Made by a program: the position numbers and the translations under genes
Shown here: piece after piece, positions 38,102-51,998 of the stretch
Position numbering within the stretch: the first letter of the stretch is position 1
How the letters are laid out: each line of letters opens with the position of its first letter
The notes under the pieces: generated by a model
Database searches by the model: none
Told to the model about the DNA's origin: nothing
Seen by the model: the letters and a program-made list of their open reading frames with translations, nothing else
NCBI GenBank assembly: GCA_951406725.2
Contig: OX597814.1
Coordinates: 44,826,001-44,890,000, forward strand
Length of the DNA: 64,000 nucleotides
Direction of reading: 5' to 3'
Source: Octopus vulgaris
Taxonomy: Eukaryota

Positions 38102-38402
38102 GTGAAGGCGGATGGCTCAGTGATTAGAGCGTCGAGCTTACGATCGTGAGGTTGTGAATTCGTTTCCCGGACCGGGGTGCATGTAGTGTTCTTGAGTGAG
38201 ACACTTTATTTCACATTCCTCCAGTTCACTCAGCTGTAGAAATGAGTTGCCACATCACTGGAGCCAAGCTGTATTGGCCTTTCGCTTGGACAACATCGGT
38301 GGGGGGAGAGCGGAGGCTGGTATGCATGAGCGCAAACCAGGTTGTGCGTTCGCCGGTAGGCGACTTTCCGTCCAGAGTGTACAGTGTCGAGCTCTTGTGA
38401 AA
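38102..38402 (+). mobile_element. tRNA-derived SINE, family C head and body with a different tail
   Basis: gtgaaggcggatggctcagtgattagagcg..gaattcgtttccc then gtgttcttgagtgagacactttatttcac; flanked by (TA)n. Confidence 0.8.
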
Positions 38403-38419
38403 ATATATATATATATGTG

Positions 38420-39644
38420 AATGACTTTTGTCAACGTTATCCTTTTTATTTTTCCTTTTGACAATTGATAGCCGTTACTTTTTAGCTTACCTTAGAAGCA
38501 AATTGCGCGTAATTTTGTTTACAGCTATTAATTCAGTATCAATTGTAACATGGAGTGCAAAATCGAACATTTTCGCCATATTTTGCTTTTTTATTTGCCT
38601 AAAGGCAAGAAAGCTGCTAAGGTTCACAAAAAGACGTGGGAAGTTTAAAGTATTGATTGCTTAACAGAACGCACGTGTCAGAAATGGTTTTAAAATTCCA
38701 TCCTGGATACCTACTGGAGTTGATGATGACCGAATCAAAGTTATAATTGAATCTGATTGTCATATAACTGTGCGAGAGACTGCAGAGAGTTTACATGTAT
38801 CATACATAACAATTGAAAATTACTGAAAACGTCTTGGACTCGTTAAGAAGCTCGATATTTGGAATTCTCATTAATTGAAAGAGATTCACTTAACACGACG
38901 AATGAATATTTGCGATATGCATCTCAAACGCAATGAAATCGCTCTTTTTTTAAGCGAATCGTCACTGGTGAGGAAAAATGGATTGTCCTCAATAACATCA
39001 ATCGGAAACGATCATGGTCCAAGCGTAAGGAACCAACACAAATCCCATCGAAGACTGAGTTGCATCAAAAAAACGGTCATGTCGTCAATTTGGTGGGATT
39101 ACAAAAGTGTTGTGTAGTTTGAGCTGCTTCCAAGAACCCAAAAGATCAAACCAGATGCTTACTATCAAGCACTAATGAAACTAGAAAATGCAATGAAAGA
39201 AAAATGGCCAGAATTGGCAAATCGTAAAGGAACTGTGTTCCACCATGACAACGCTAAACCACACATATCTTTGCTAACTCATGAAAAATGATTGGAGCTT
39301 GGTTGGGAAGTGATGTCACATCCACCATACAGCCCTGGCCTTGCACCATCAGATCAGCGCTGATGTTGCACCATCAGATTACCATTTATTTCGAAGTTTT
39401 CAAAATTCTTTGAATGGTAAAATTTTCAATAATTATGATTACCTGAAATCGCACTTGATTCAGTTTTTGGCTGATAAGTACCAGAAGTCCTATGAGCGCT
39501 GAATCATGAAGTTTCTATGAAGATGCCAAAAAGTCATCGAACAAAATGGGAAATATATAATTGATTAAAGTTCATTTATTGTGTGAAAAAAATAGACTTT
39601 TATTTTCACACTAAAAAAATGAAATTACTTTCTTACCAACCCAA
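38420..39644 (+). mobile_element. Degenerate mariner (mellifera-like), left TIR not visible
   Basis: ATG at 38550 MECKIEHFRHILLF, KKLDIWNSH*LKEIHL, SIWWDYKSVV, FHHDNAKPH, WEVMSHPPYSPGLAPSD, stop at 39566-39568; right TIR aaatgaaattactttcttaccaacccaa. Confidence 0.92.
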
Positions 39645-40050
39645 TGTTTGTGTATTAAGGCTAACATTGGTTTCATGTTAAGAAAAAAATCTTAATATCT
39701 TAACATTTTTTCCAGCAGATCACATGACGGAATGGTGTTTGTCTCCTATTTGGTAGTTTACATCCGAAATACAGTGGAACGCCATTCTTCCATGCGATCG
39801 GCTGGAAAAATTGTTAGGATATTAAGTATTTTTCTTAATACGAGACCAATGGTATCCTTAATAGATAACTAAAGGAATTATATCCACCAATGCTGTTTTG
39901 AGCACTTACTCTCGTCGTTCGACATAATCTTATATAAATACATCGGTGCCCCAGCATGGCCACAGCTCGTGAGCTGAAACTAGATAAAATAAAATAAAAA
40001 ATATATATATGCATATACATATACATATATATATATACACACACACACAC

Positions 40051-40095
<45 letters not shown>

Positions 40096-40263
40096 TAAAT
40101 TAGAGATAAAACCACTATTAGGCAAATCAAACGGTGAAAAACATAAGCCAATACATAAAATTAATTTAAAAATATAAAAGTTAAAAATTAAAAAATTATT
40201 AAATAATTTAAACTTATAAATTTTAAATATATATGTACAAATATATATATACAAATATATATA

Positions 40264-40467
40264 CTCTTTTTACTCTTTTACTTGTTTCAGTCATTTGACT
40301 GCGGCCATGCTGGAGCACCGCCTTTAATCGAGCAACTCGACCCCGGGACTTATTCTTTGTAAGACCAGTACTTATTCTATCGGTCTCTTTTGCCGAACCG
40401 TTAAGTAACGGGGACATAAATACACAAGCATCGGTTGTCAAGCAATGCTAGGGGGACAAACACACAA

Positions 40468-40540
<73 letters not shown>

Positions 40541-40703
40541 TACGACAGGCTTCTTTCAGTTTCCATCTACCAAATCCACTCACAAGGGTTTGGTCGGCCC
40601 GGGCCTATAGTAGAAGACACCTGCCCAAGGTGCCACGTGGTGAGATGAGAACTCGGAATCATGTGGTTGGTAAACAAGCTACTTACCATACAGCCACTCC
40701 TAC

Positions 40704-40706
<3 letters not shown>
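40264..40706 (-). mobile_element. Family A SINE with expanded internal (CA)n(TA)n
   Basis: Reverse complement of 48761-49158 with a much longer internal microsatellite at about 40460-40541. Confidence 0.92.
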
Positions 40707-40794
<88 letters not shown>

Positions 40795-42569
40795 ATTTTT
40801 ATATTTATATATTATTTTATTTATTAATTAATTTATTTATTTATTTATTTTTTTATATATAAATATCAAAAGTATTAAAAGTTTAATGTATGTATATATA
40901 TATGATTTATATACACGTATGTGTCTTTCATTGGGAGAGCTCAACCCGGTCGGTCACTAACAAAGTAACAAAACTTGTGAGTTAAGAGAGTTCACGGTGT
41001 TTGCAAATATGAGGTTAAGTTGGTGTTTTGGTTTAATTGTTAATACATACACCCAAGTGGATGCTTCTATTCACATAAAAATCTCAGATGGAGAATTTTT
41101 GGAATGTCTTACAAATCTTCACTGTGCCACTAATATATGCATTTGGGATATTTTCAACGTCAGTTTCTTTTGCTCTTTCTCTGTGAAACCGAAATATTCT
41201 AGGTTTTTGTGCAAATTTGTTGTATGTATGCATGTATTTATGTATATATGTTGTATGGATGGATGGATGGATGGATGGATGGATGGATGTAACCGGTACA
41301 AATATTGGAAGACTCTCTGAATCTCTTACGATTGATAATCTGCATCCTTGCGATTCATTGAAGAAAGCTCCAAAAGAACTGGACAAAACTAAATAATGAG
41401 GTAAATCGGATCAACTGAAATCTTTGAAGGCAATGCTTCGGTGTGTGTGTGTGTATGTCTGTGTGTGTGTGTATGAGTGGATGCGCGCGCGTACATGCAT
41501 GTATATGTGAGTGTGCGGGGGTGCGACCAACTGAATCAGAGCAATAAAGTCGTATTGTATGTTAACAGTGTTTCATATATCTGTAAACAATTTTGCCATT
41601 TCCATTCTTTATATCCGTCGCTGTGACGTCGTTTACTTAAATGTATGTAAATAATAATATTCTAGTACAACAAGACAATTTATTAATTTCCGACTTTGAA
41701 ATGTGATGCAATACAGTTACTGAAATAATGAATTTCTCTTTCCTTTAAACAATCCGTGTAACAGCTAAAACATTGGAAATTACTTCTATCATACTTGCTT
41801 ACAAGATGACCAATATAACAATCTTGCAAAATTTTATTTCTCTGTAAGTTACATTAATATATGAGCGGCTTTTGAACGGATTGTGTTCGACCACAAAGAG
41901 AATAATGTATTTTATTAATATTCGTTCGGGTATTGGAACGATAGCGTGGACGAAACGCCTAAACATGTTACTGAATTTAGTTCCAATACGTTTTGAGTTC
42001 AAACAATTTAACCTTTTACCATTCATTCATTTATTGAAAACATACTTGCTCTGTAGCCTCCATAATGCGTGTCTTTGTGTCGGTCTTCGAAAATATCCAT
42101 AGAAATGAGTAGGCAACATTGACTGGTCAAAAAATAGCAACGCGTAGAAACTAATTTTAACTTATTGTAGGCAATGAAGAAACAGTGGAATTTAAGTTTG
42201 AACATTTTAATATAAACACGTGTTCCTTTACATATTTAGTTCCTAGTTTTCTGGTTATAATATGAAAATGAACTCATAGAAACAAGTTCCCTTTCAAACA
42301 TCATGATTGATTGTACTTTGGAATAAATCAACAATCTTTTCCGCTTACTAGAATTGATTTTCATTTCCGTTTCCTCATGCATTTAATCACTGTCAGTCTA
42401 TCTGTATGTCTTTTTCTCTATATATACCTCTAACGCTATGTGTGAATATATATATATATGATGTATGATGATGATATAAATGTACCGAAGCATAATATTA
42501 TCTATGATTTTTCTGTACAAATCATAGTTTTTCCATTTATTTTCACATATAAATTTACGCTATTGAAAG

Positions 42570-43620
42570 GGGAGGTCACCGTGACATTCACAGACACCCC
42601 GATATAGCTGAGAATATTACTTTGGTGTGAAAGGAATTCCAAGGAGATGCCCTAAGAAGGAGAAGGAAAAAAGTTGTGGGTAAAGAGGAATGGATCTTGG
42701 TGTCATGCACAAAGGAGTGAACGTTGTTAGAAGTTGCAATAACTAGCTCGTTAATATACAGAAGGAAGATTCTAGCGGCAAGACGGAACGTTGGTGTTAT
42801 TTGATTTAATATTGTATGAATAAAAGTAATAACCACCCGTATGCTATGAAACCATACAATATGACAGGAAGAATACAATCGAAGGAATGAAAGGAGAAAT
42901 CAAATAGTTGAGTAGTTTATCTCAGTGATTTTCATGGTACACTCTCAAATCCTTTTTTTAATGCTATGTAAAACAACATTGATTCTTTACAAAATACATA
43001 GTAAAGAAGATCTCTTAGAAAACTATGTTAATTGTCAGTGAGGAGGTAAAAAGGCACAAGTTGTTGGGCAAGATTGAATTTTTTCGTGAAGATTTGAGAT
43101 ACAGGAAATGAGGTAGATTAGTGAACGTGGTTAGTGATAGGCCAGGGAAGTTTGAAATGGAGTGCAGCACATCAATCATGGGGAATGTTTGATAAAATAA
43201 AGTGTGAATGTTGTATTTGATTAAAATCTATCCTGATATACTTAAGAAGAGCGCATGTTTCGAAAGATAGAAGTAGCCACCTATACTGAAGAGTTTTCCG
43301 AGATAACTGTGGCAACATTTAAGTGCGACGTTTGAGGATAACATTGGTAGAAGATAGATTTGACAGCACATTGGCAGATCTGCCGTTCGTGTTTGTTTTC
43401 AGCAAGCGGATGCCCTTTCATATTTAGAGTATATCATCACGTGTTAATGGCAACCGTGGGGTTAAGAAGGAACATTTTGGAGACTTGTCGAGTTTATTTT
43501 CTTTGGGCATGAACTCAAAAGGTAAAAGATATGTGAAGTGTTCCTCTGCAGCTAAGCTATTTATTTGTTGTTCTTGGCTGGAAAGACTGGCAAGGAGCTA
43601 TCTGCAAAGTTAGTGAAAAT
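42570..43620 (-). mobile_element. Decayed Jockey/CR1-like LINE RT region
   Basis: IFLLYINELVIATSNNVHSFVHDTKIHSS (FLLYINDL..FADD-like) and SIKKGFESVP (DISKAFDRV-like). Confidence 0.6.
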
Positions 43621-44173
43621 GTTCTGAGTAAGAGACCAGAAATAACTATTGTAATTTGGGAAACGGTTAACGTTTCTCTCAACGAAATGCAAACCACTTC
43701 ATTTTGAATGATGACTTTTAACGAAATATTAAGTTAGTAAACGTGTGTACTAACCCGTGTTCTTTGCTGGTAATGCTGCAGCAAGAGTTACTTGTGAAAC
43801 ACTGAAATACTATCTTAAGATGATGGGATTTGTTTGCCCTATGCATATTTAGCCTAAAGCTGGCAGAGCTCCGATTGGTTAGCTGCTTTGAAGTGCATCA
43901 CTTTAAATTGGCAGCGGTCGGATGATGCAATTTTTCAATGAGACGTTCGTTCCCTTTGTAGTGAGTATTTGCTAATCATAGAATTTTATTAGTGTTTATG
44001 CGGATGTTGCTGAGTGTCTTCTTTCTGTTATTTCCTTTCTACAATTGTTAATTACTTGCGTTACATGAGGAATGATGGTAAATATTTTGCTATGCTTTTC
44101 AGCTCTTATTACTCTATCTACGGACAGCAACCGGGCGAATCCATTTAGCGATATTAGTTACCCTTAATTTTAA

Positions 44174-44535
<362 letters not shown>

Positions 44536-44603
44536 TTAAATTTTTGGAGCCAATTTCTTCATCATATTAAGAGAAAACCTTTATAAGTATATCGAGATAG
44601 ATT

Positions 44604-44627
44604 TTAGGGTTAGGGTTAGGGTTAGGG
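44604..44627 (+). repeat. Interstitial (TTAGGG)4
   Basis: ttagggttagggttagggttaggg followed by tta. Confidence 0.9.
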
Positions 44628-44809
44628 TTATATACATGCTCTGTCTTTTTCAAGAAACTTTCTCTAAGATTGCTTTACCGCTCACCATTTCAAATTGGAA
44701 GGCAGGTTGACAACGATGTGTGTTTGGGTGGATGTGCGTGTTTATGTGCGGAATAATGCAAATAAGGCTCCGTTTTCTAACATAAACATACAGAAAGAGA
44801 AAGATATAT

Positions 44810-45900
44810 CCATTACCTCAGCACACATCAAAAAATCAAACAGCTGATTACACCTAGTATTATAACCCGATTTCATTCGGGTCTACTCGGGTCACATTTT
44901 AAAGATGAGGTATTTAAAAAGAATCGAAAATTTTATTAAAAATTAAAAAGAAAATGATGACAAAAATCACTCGTTTTGTCACAGTGAAACTATCGTTTCC
45001 TAGTAGCCTGAAGTTCACGACAAAATATATGTTTATTAAGCACAACAGCCTGCAGTGCATGTCGCTGGGCATTAAAAGCCAATGGCACAAACCTAGAGGG
45101 GCTCTTGGCCCCTTTGAATCAATAAAAAATCCCTATTTTTGCCGTAGCAACCACATCTTCATAGCTTGCGAATTTTAACCATCGCGGGTCTCACCCTCAC
45201 CACGCATTCAGTATACCTGCCAATTTCCAGCCCGATCCTAGCCTCGGTTAGGCTGCCATTAACCGTCAAAACAAAATGTGCATATAATTTTCGTTCAAGG
45301 ACTGTTTTATAGATATAGATTAAATATTAATTAACAACGGATATCCTGCCGTACTAGTGGACCGAGTTATGGAAAACAAAGATACAAATGTAATACAAGT
45401 ATCAAAGACTACACCAAATAGAAATACACAAACCACACATAAAATCTAGTACGTGAACCAAATGCACAAAACTATCAAACGGATGAACATATAATAACCC
45501 TCGTAAAACGTAACAAAGAGCATCTTATACGACAATAATATACTGCAGAATATTAGAGTATACTACAAAAGCACCGAAACAAGAACCTCTTTATTAAAAA
45601 CACACCACAAACATGTAAACCCATGAACAGGGTACGTATGATGAATGTAACCTACAAATATTACTGTAAAACTAACAGTTGCAAACTTTAGCAGCTACAT
45701 TAAACAGACAAGTACAACACATTCACAGAGGTACACTACGCACTTACAACAAGGAGTACTGCAAAATATTACACCACAGAACATGAAATGGAATTAGATA
45801 GGAAAATGCCTACTTTATAAATCATTGAAATATAGAAAATTAATTATGGAAACTTTACTCATATTGACATGTGCCTACCGACATCAGTTTAAAATTTGAC
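44810..45900 (+). mobile_element. Penelope-like element remnant (RT thumb, linker, GIY-YIG), split by the Helitron
   Basis: THQKIKQL / ILINNGYPAVLVDRVMENK (LxxNGYP motif) and NVTYKYYCKTNSCK..SYIKQTSTTHSQRYTTHLQQG (GIY-YIG-like VYxxxC..YIGQT..RxxxH). Confidence 0.72.
44854..45319 (-). mobile_element. Non-autonomous Helitron nested in a Penelope-like element
   Basis: Minus strand starts A|TCtatatctataaaac and ends with hairpin acccga-atgaaa-tcgggt, a short spacer, then CTAG (44854-44857). Confidence 0.75.
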
Positions 45901-46326
45901 CACCACAAAAAATACATATTTATACAGCATTAGAGCTTTTTAGCTCTTATCTTTAGCAATGTAGGTGTTATCAACACCCTAGTCATATTAAGTGGCAATC
46001 ATAGTATTATATACACCCAATATATACATATATTTACACATACATAGATGTATATATACACATACATATACTCATATATACATACACATATATACACATA
46101 TATGTGTGTGGGGAGGGCGTGTGTGTATAGTTGAAACTTACTGAAAAAACAAAAGATGGAGACAGGTATATAAACAAGAAGCAGGTGTATTAGTTTAACG
46201 CTCGGGAGGTGAGATAGTGTTTTATGTTTCGAGCCTACGCTCTTCAACAGAAAGGAACACCTGGAAATAAACAGAGAATTAAAAAATCTTGTGGAGTTAG
46301 TGGTCAATTATGGCGATTATATACAT

Positions 46327-46388
<62 letters not shown>

Positions 46389-47609
46389 CTCATTTGGGAA
46401 CTGGTTCTCGAAATACATATACAGCCATAAATAAAGCATGTAAATTTAGAGTTGAAAACCCCTACTGGGAAAATAAAGTCAAAGACTGGCCGTTGGACAC
46501 ATCCCATGCAGACATGGCAGCTGAATTTTCTATTCAAAAGGGTTTTTTCAACCCAGTATTTGCTTTCTATTATTCCTAGCTTTATAGATTCTTCGAGAAC
46601 CAATTCTAGAAAAAAAAAAGAGTTATTTCACGTTCTCTTGAAAATTCCTTACAATGCGAAAAAGGAAAGTCAAGTAACCTTTATATATTTCAAACACAAA
46701 GGCCAGGCAGAATTAATAGCAATGATTAAGTACCACGTATATTTTATCTTCCTTTTTTTTTTGTTACTTTTGTTTGATTAGCACTCCTTCCTTTATTTTT
46801 AGAACTTCAGATTGCTTTGGAAGGTAATGAGCTCTGAACCGCCTTCCTACTAAGCCATAAAAACATGTGTGTATTTGTTGTATATCTTGTGTGATCGTTT
46901 GTTTGTTTGCTGGTCTAAATGTTTAACGTCATATGTGCTAGAGAGCATTGTAAATTTTGTGGTAGCATAAAAGTGAGAATTGCTTGTATTTGTTGTGAAA
47001 ATGAAGAAGTACAGTTATTTGCGTATTCAATATCGAATACTTAAAAGTTAGGTTATTGTGAACTTGCACACAATTGTGGTTTTGGTAAAATAGTTTCATG
47101 TTGTTTATATGTGGCACTTTTACTGTCATTATCGATTCTATCACATATTGTGGTGCAGTTTCCTTTCAGATCATTATATATCTTTGTGTATTTTTTTCCA
47201 ACTTTCTTCCTTCTCTCTATCGCTTTTTCAGTTTCTGTATTTGTGTGTATGCGTGTTATGTAAACAGAAGTATCCCTATTCGTAAACCACTACAATTACT
47301 TGTCTTCTAACATTTTGATAATATTCTTTTGATTTGGAGCAAACACATTTCTAAGTAGCAGGTAGAGACGATGAAATGACACCAGTGTATTGCCTGTTTT
47401 ATTTTATCCATCACACAAGTAGAAATCGAAACGTATTTATGGTGAGGATTTTCACTTCGCATCCAATGAGACGGCAGAAAATTTAGCTGAGATATCTATA
47501 TTACACTGCCATACCAATTATTTTAGCACTCGTAGCATTTGTTTCATTAATCCCAGATACAATCATTTCCACAGCATATACAACTGAAAATGATTTAATA
47601 TATCTATAT

Positions 47610-48620
47610 TACCAGGGGCGGCTACATATTTCATTGGCAGACCAAGATGCTCTCATGGAATATGACCAAATAAGGACCTGGCGTTTCATACACGTCCACC
47701 ATCAGTGTTACTGTGCTTGGATCCCATTGGTGAAGAAGCTTTCATCTTTTCGGTCAAAAACGTCATCAACAACTGACATGACGTCACATCACTGCGATAC
47801 TGTTTCCCAGTGAAGTATTTTTTTCATTTTGAGGAACAGATTGTAATCAGATAGAGCCAAATCAGAATAATAGGGCGGCTGATCAACAATTTTAAAACCA
47901 TAGTCACACACAGCAGTCATTAAAAACAAGGACTTGTGTACTGGAGCATTGTCCTGATGAAAGAAGACCCCTATCGTCAGTATTCCTTGGCGTTTGGTCT
48001 TTTTAGCCTTTCGTAACCTCAACAGGTTGTTGTCATAGTTCTCATCATTAATGGTAAGGCTTTTTCGAAGAAAGTCAATAAGCACTATGCCTCTTGCACC
48101 TTAAATGACTGAGGCCATCACCTTCCTTTCAGATGAAATGAATGAAATGATTTTGGCCTTCTTTGGAGCACTTGCTCAAAGTGATGAAGCCAATACTCAT
48201 CTAAGTTTAGGAAACTTCAAGGAAACCAGATGTATCTATCTCAATCTGATGCGCTTTTGATCAAGTGTCAGAAGACGGGGCATCCACCAAGCAGAAACTC
48301 TCGTCATGCCAGGTTCATCGTGAAAGAATATTCATAACTTTTATGGGTTATTCTAACAGCATTGAATACGATCAATGTTTATCTCGGTGGTGGCAGGACA
48401 TCCAGACGTTGAATAATGTTCCTAAATTCATCCGCCCACTTTCGCACTGTTGAAATCGTTATTAGTTCCTTTTGATGTCGTGTTTAAAGAGTCAGATATC
48501 AGTTAATCTGGAAAAAGACGATGTTCTTATTAATAAGAAGTGTTGAAATTAAAGCGCGTAAGATTTCATATCTCTAGCATCGCTCTTTCATTGCCAGCCG
48601 TTAGAAGTAGTGGTTAAATA
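47610..48620 (-). mobile_element. Degenerate mariner (DD34D)
   Basis: LIDFLRKSLTIN..GVFFHQDNAPVHKS..VDQPPYYSDLALSDYNLFLKMKK. Boundaries are approximate. Confidence 0.85.
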
Positions 48621-48760
48621 CCTTCCCTTTAAATAATACACTATCATCTTAAGAAAATGAAGTTCCCATTAGATAATACTGTATGATATAAAATATGGAA
48701 AATGTAGTGAAAAACATTTAGTATGTGTGTTATTTTAACATAGAAGGTGACGAAATCATA

Positions 48761-49158
48761 GGCGCAGGAGTGGCTGTGTGGGGTAAGTAGCTTGCTAACC
48801 AACCACATGGTTCCAGGTTCAGTCCCACTGCGTGGCATCTTGGGTAAGTGTCCTCTGCTATAGCCCCGGGCCGACCAATGCCTTGTGAGTGGATTTGGTA
48901 GACGGAAACTGAAAGAAGCCTGTCGTATATATGTATATATTTGGGGGTGTCTGTGTTTGTCCCCCTAGCATTGCTTGACAACCGATGCTGGTGTGTTTAC
49001 GTCCCCGTCACTTAGCGGTTCGGCAAAAGAGACCGATAGAATAAGTACTGGGCTTACAAAGAATAAGTCCCGGGGTCGATTTGCTCGACTAAAGGCGGTG
49101 CTCCAGCATGGCCACAGTCAAAATGACTGAAACAAGTAAAAGAGTAAAAGAGTAAGAG
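48761..49158 (+). mobile_element. Family A SINE, full-length, short internal microsatellite
   Basis: ggcgcaggagtggctgtgtgg..ggttcagtcccactg..tail aagtaaaagagtaaaagagtaagag. Confidence 0.93.
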
Positions 49159-50329
49159 TATTGCAATGCCCTTGAACAACGCTAACACCATTTAAAACAC
49201 ACGCAAACATAAACATATAGATGAATGAGTATGAATGCTTCCTTTTCGGTTGTCTTCCTTTCTTTTTAATTTAGAGTTGATACTGACCGACTACCTGCTT
49301 GGTAGCAAGATTGTGAAGAAAAGTGTTGTTCATCATCCTTTAGATTTTAAGAATGTGTTGCAGATTTTAATTATCCCAGATATCGTGATCATTTGTAGCG
49401 TATGAATTAAGGAGTTACATTTTCTCTACAAGGACTCAAAGTCAACTATAATTTGCCCCAGGGGAATTGATACGTATTCTACTACTGCAATAATAGTAGT
49501 TATGATGCTGAAAGTGTAACTTTTATATCAATGGTCTATCAATGTTCCTTTGTATTTTTCTGATCACATAGGTGTTCAGAGGGCAGCTGATTGCCACAGC
49601 AGAGTATATCTTTTCTTGAGATCCCACACAATATCTAGCCAGTTGTCTGAAATTGTTAAATTCCATCAATATATTTTTTATACAATCGGTCACAATACAG
49701 TCAGTTTGTATGTATGTATGTATGTCATTATTCAGTTTTACTTCAAGATTTCATCACAATAGAGAAAGAGTCGGTTTCTAACCTAGATTCAATGTTCCTT
49801 CATGCTTCATTGGAATTTCAACAACATCAACAGGGTATTTATGTATATATGTGTGTATACGTTCAGTATTTGGAGTCAGTGCATTTGCAGATTTGTATGT
49901 TTTGTTTTATGTATGTACGTACGTATGTATGTATGTATGTACGTACGTATGTATGTATGTATGTATGTATGTACCTACGTATGTATGTATGTATGTACGC
50001 ATGGAAAGCTAGATGGATAGATATATGCATGACTTTGGAATCTATATAAGTTTCATCTGCTTCTATGCAGAATTCAAGCAATTCACTACCAAAGTGGCAA
50101 GACATTGTTAAAATCAAGACATTCTTTCAGATCCCTAGTTATCGGATTCGGTTGATGTGTGCATTTGTTTATGTGTATGTTGTATATAAGTATATTGTGT
50201 ATGAGTTAACCAGACTGCATACATGTGATCACCTAAGAATCTCAAAGCTGAGATCCTGTGAAATTTTTTACAAATTTTTACTGAAGTTCTAATTATTTGT
50301 GTCTGGAGAATATGAATCAGTCCGTTCTG

Positions 50330-51380
50330 TTTATCTTTGGCGAACCATAGTTTTTCTATGTTGCATTACAAATTTGTTATGTAGACCAATGAACTTTTGG
50401 TTATAGGTGAAAATGAAAGCCATCGATTCTCCACAGACATTCTTTTATTCAGTTTTACTTTACGAGACATTTACATCTTCTGGACATCTGAATTCTAATC
50501 CAGTGCATAACCTTTGTTCCTTGCCTCATGCAATATCTGACTATTTGTGCTTACACCGTGTGACTGTTGGTATTGGAATGCTCCATCAATAATCTTGATT
50601 TTTAAAGGTCTGGATATTTTCAAGTGTCGGAGTGCTTTGCTATTGCGGTCTCGAAAATTTATCTTGTGTATAACATTGTCGATGATTTTAGCGACAACGT
50701 CATGTTCCGTGTAAAAATAGCATGTTGCAAACATTCTTGGACAAATGCTGATGATATATGTGATAACAACCGCACTGGCGTTCTTCTAATCAGAAGTTTT
50801 ATCACTCGCATTTTATATCTATATGGCTATTCATTGTTTTCAGTGTATCATTATGAGTGCACGTATCGTTCGTGTTTCAATAACGGTCGTTATCTTTCGT
50901 TATTTTTATCTCAATAATTATATCTAAATATGGAGATATTATATCACTAAGATTTTCGTTTTGCCTATTCTGCGCATTGAATTTTAAGACATAGTTGTGT
51001 TCTAAGTCATACACTAATCACTCGACATCTTCCAACATGCACAAAATGAATGGTAGCAACATACATGACAAAAATTTAATGTTTCTAGATTCTTCCATCG
51101 TGGCCAAGTTGGTCACAGCAAGCATAAGTCCATGTTAAAAACTCATAATTAACTCTCATGTTTTCGAATAGCATGCTTTTGTGCAATGGAAATGTCTTTC
51201 GTTTCCATAGGATAACATTACTCTGCTCACTGGTAGACTCGTGGGTTTATTCACGCTGTCTTATTATTGTTTCTACCACAGGGACAGTATGGAAACAACT
51301 TTATATGTCTAACATTGCCTTGTTCCTTATTTCTACCAGAATGAAGCTTTTGGGTGATTTTCTATACTACTCTGTGTAAT
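50330..51380 (-). mobile_element. Possible Merlin/IS1595-like transposase remnants
   Basis: Weak peptides KSFILVEIRNKAMLD, FRDRNSKAL and CNIEKLW recall ISXO2 motifs (VxDRxxxTL; NxIExxW). Heavily decayed. Confidence 0.28.
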
Positions 51381-51901
51381 TTACTGTAAATCATACACAC
51401 TCGCAGACACTAACACACATTCACACATATGTATTCACGCACACACTCACACACACACAAACACACACTCACACACATATATATTCATGCAAGTCTGCAT
51501 TTATAATACCAAGAACTGGCACATACAATTTAATAAATGTGTGTTAGTTACGGATATATAGATACATTCTTTTAACGGTAAAAAGTGAATGCACGCGCGT
51601 CGAAAAATGCATAAATATTATATATTTTATATGTGACAGTACAATAGCTTCAAATTTTGATGTGCTTAACTAAAACGTGAAGACATGTAAAATTTATTTT
51701 GACACGGAGATCTGTGTTTCTTATATCTTGTCCATCCTGCAGTCCCAGAGAAAGAATAATATGTAATGAAAACAGAAAATTCCATTTCATATAGTGTCTT
51801 GTTTTTGTACCTGTACAACTGCACAGAATGCAGTTATCAAACACCAGTGAACAGTGAACAAATGGTGTAATAGTATAAATGATATATAGATGTATATGCA
51901 C

Positions 51902-51997
<96 letters not shown>

Positions 51998-51998
<1 letters not shown>

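Noticed and set aside
43811-44150. Possible older Helitron
   Set aside because: A TC start is plausible, but the hairpin and CTAG end are too degraded to support the call.
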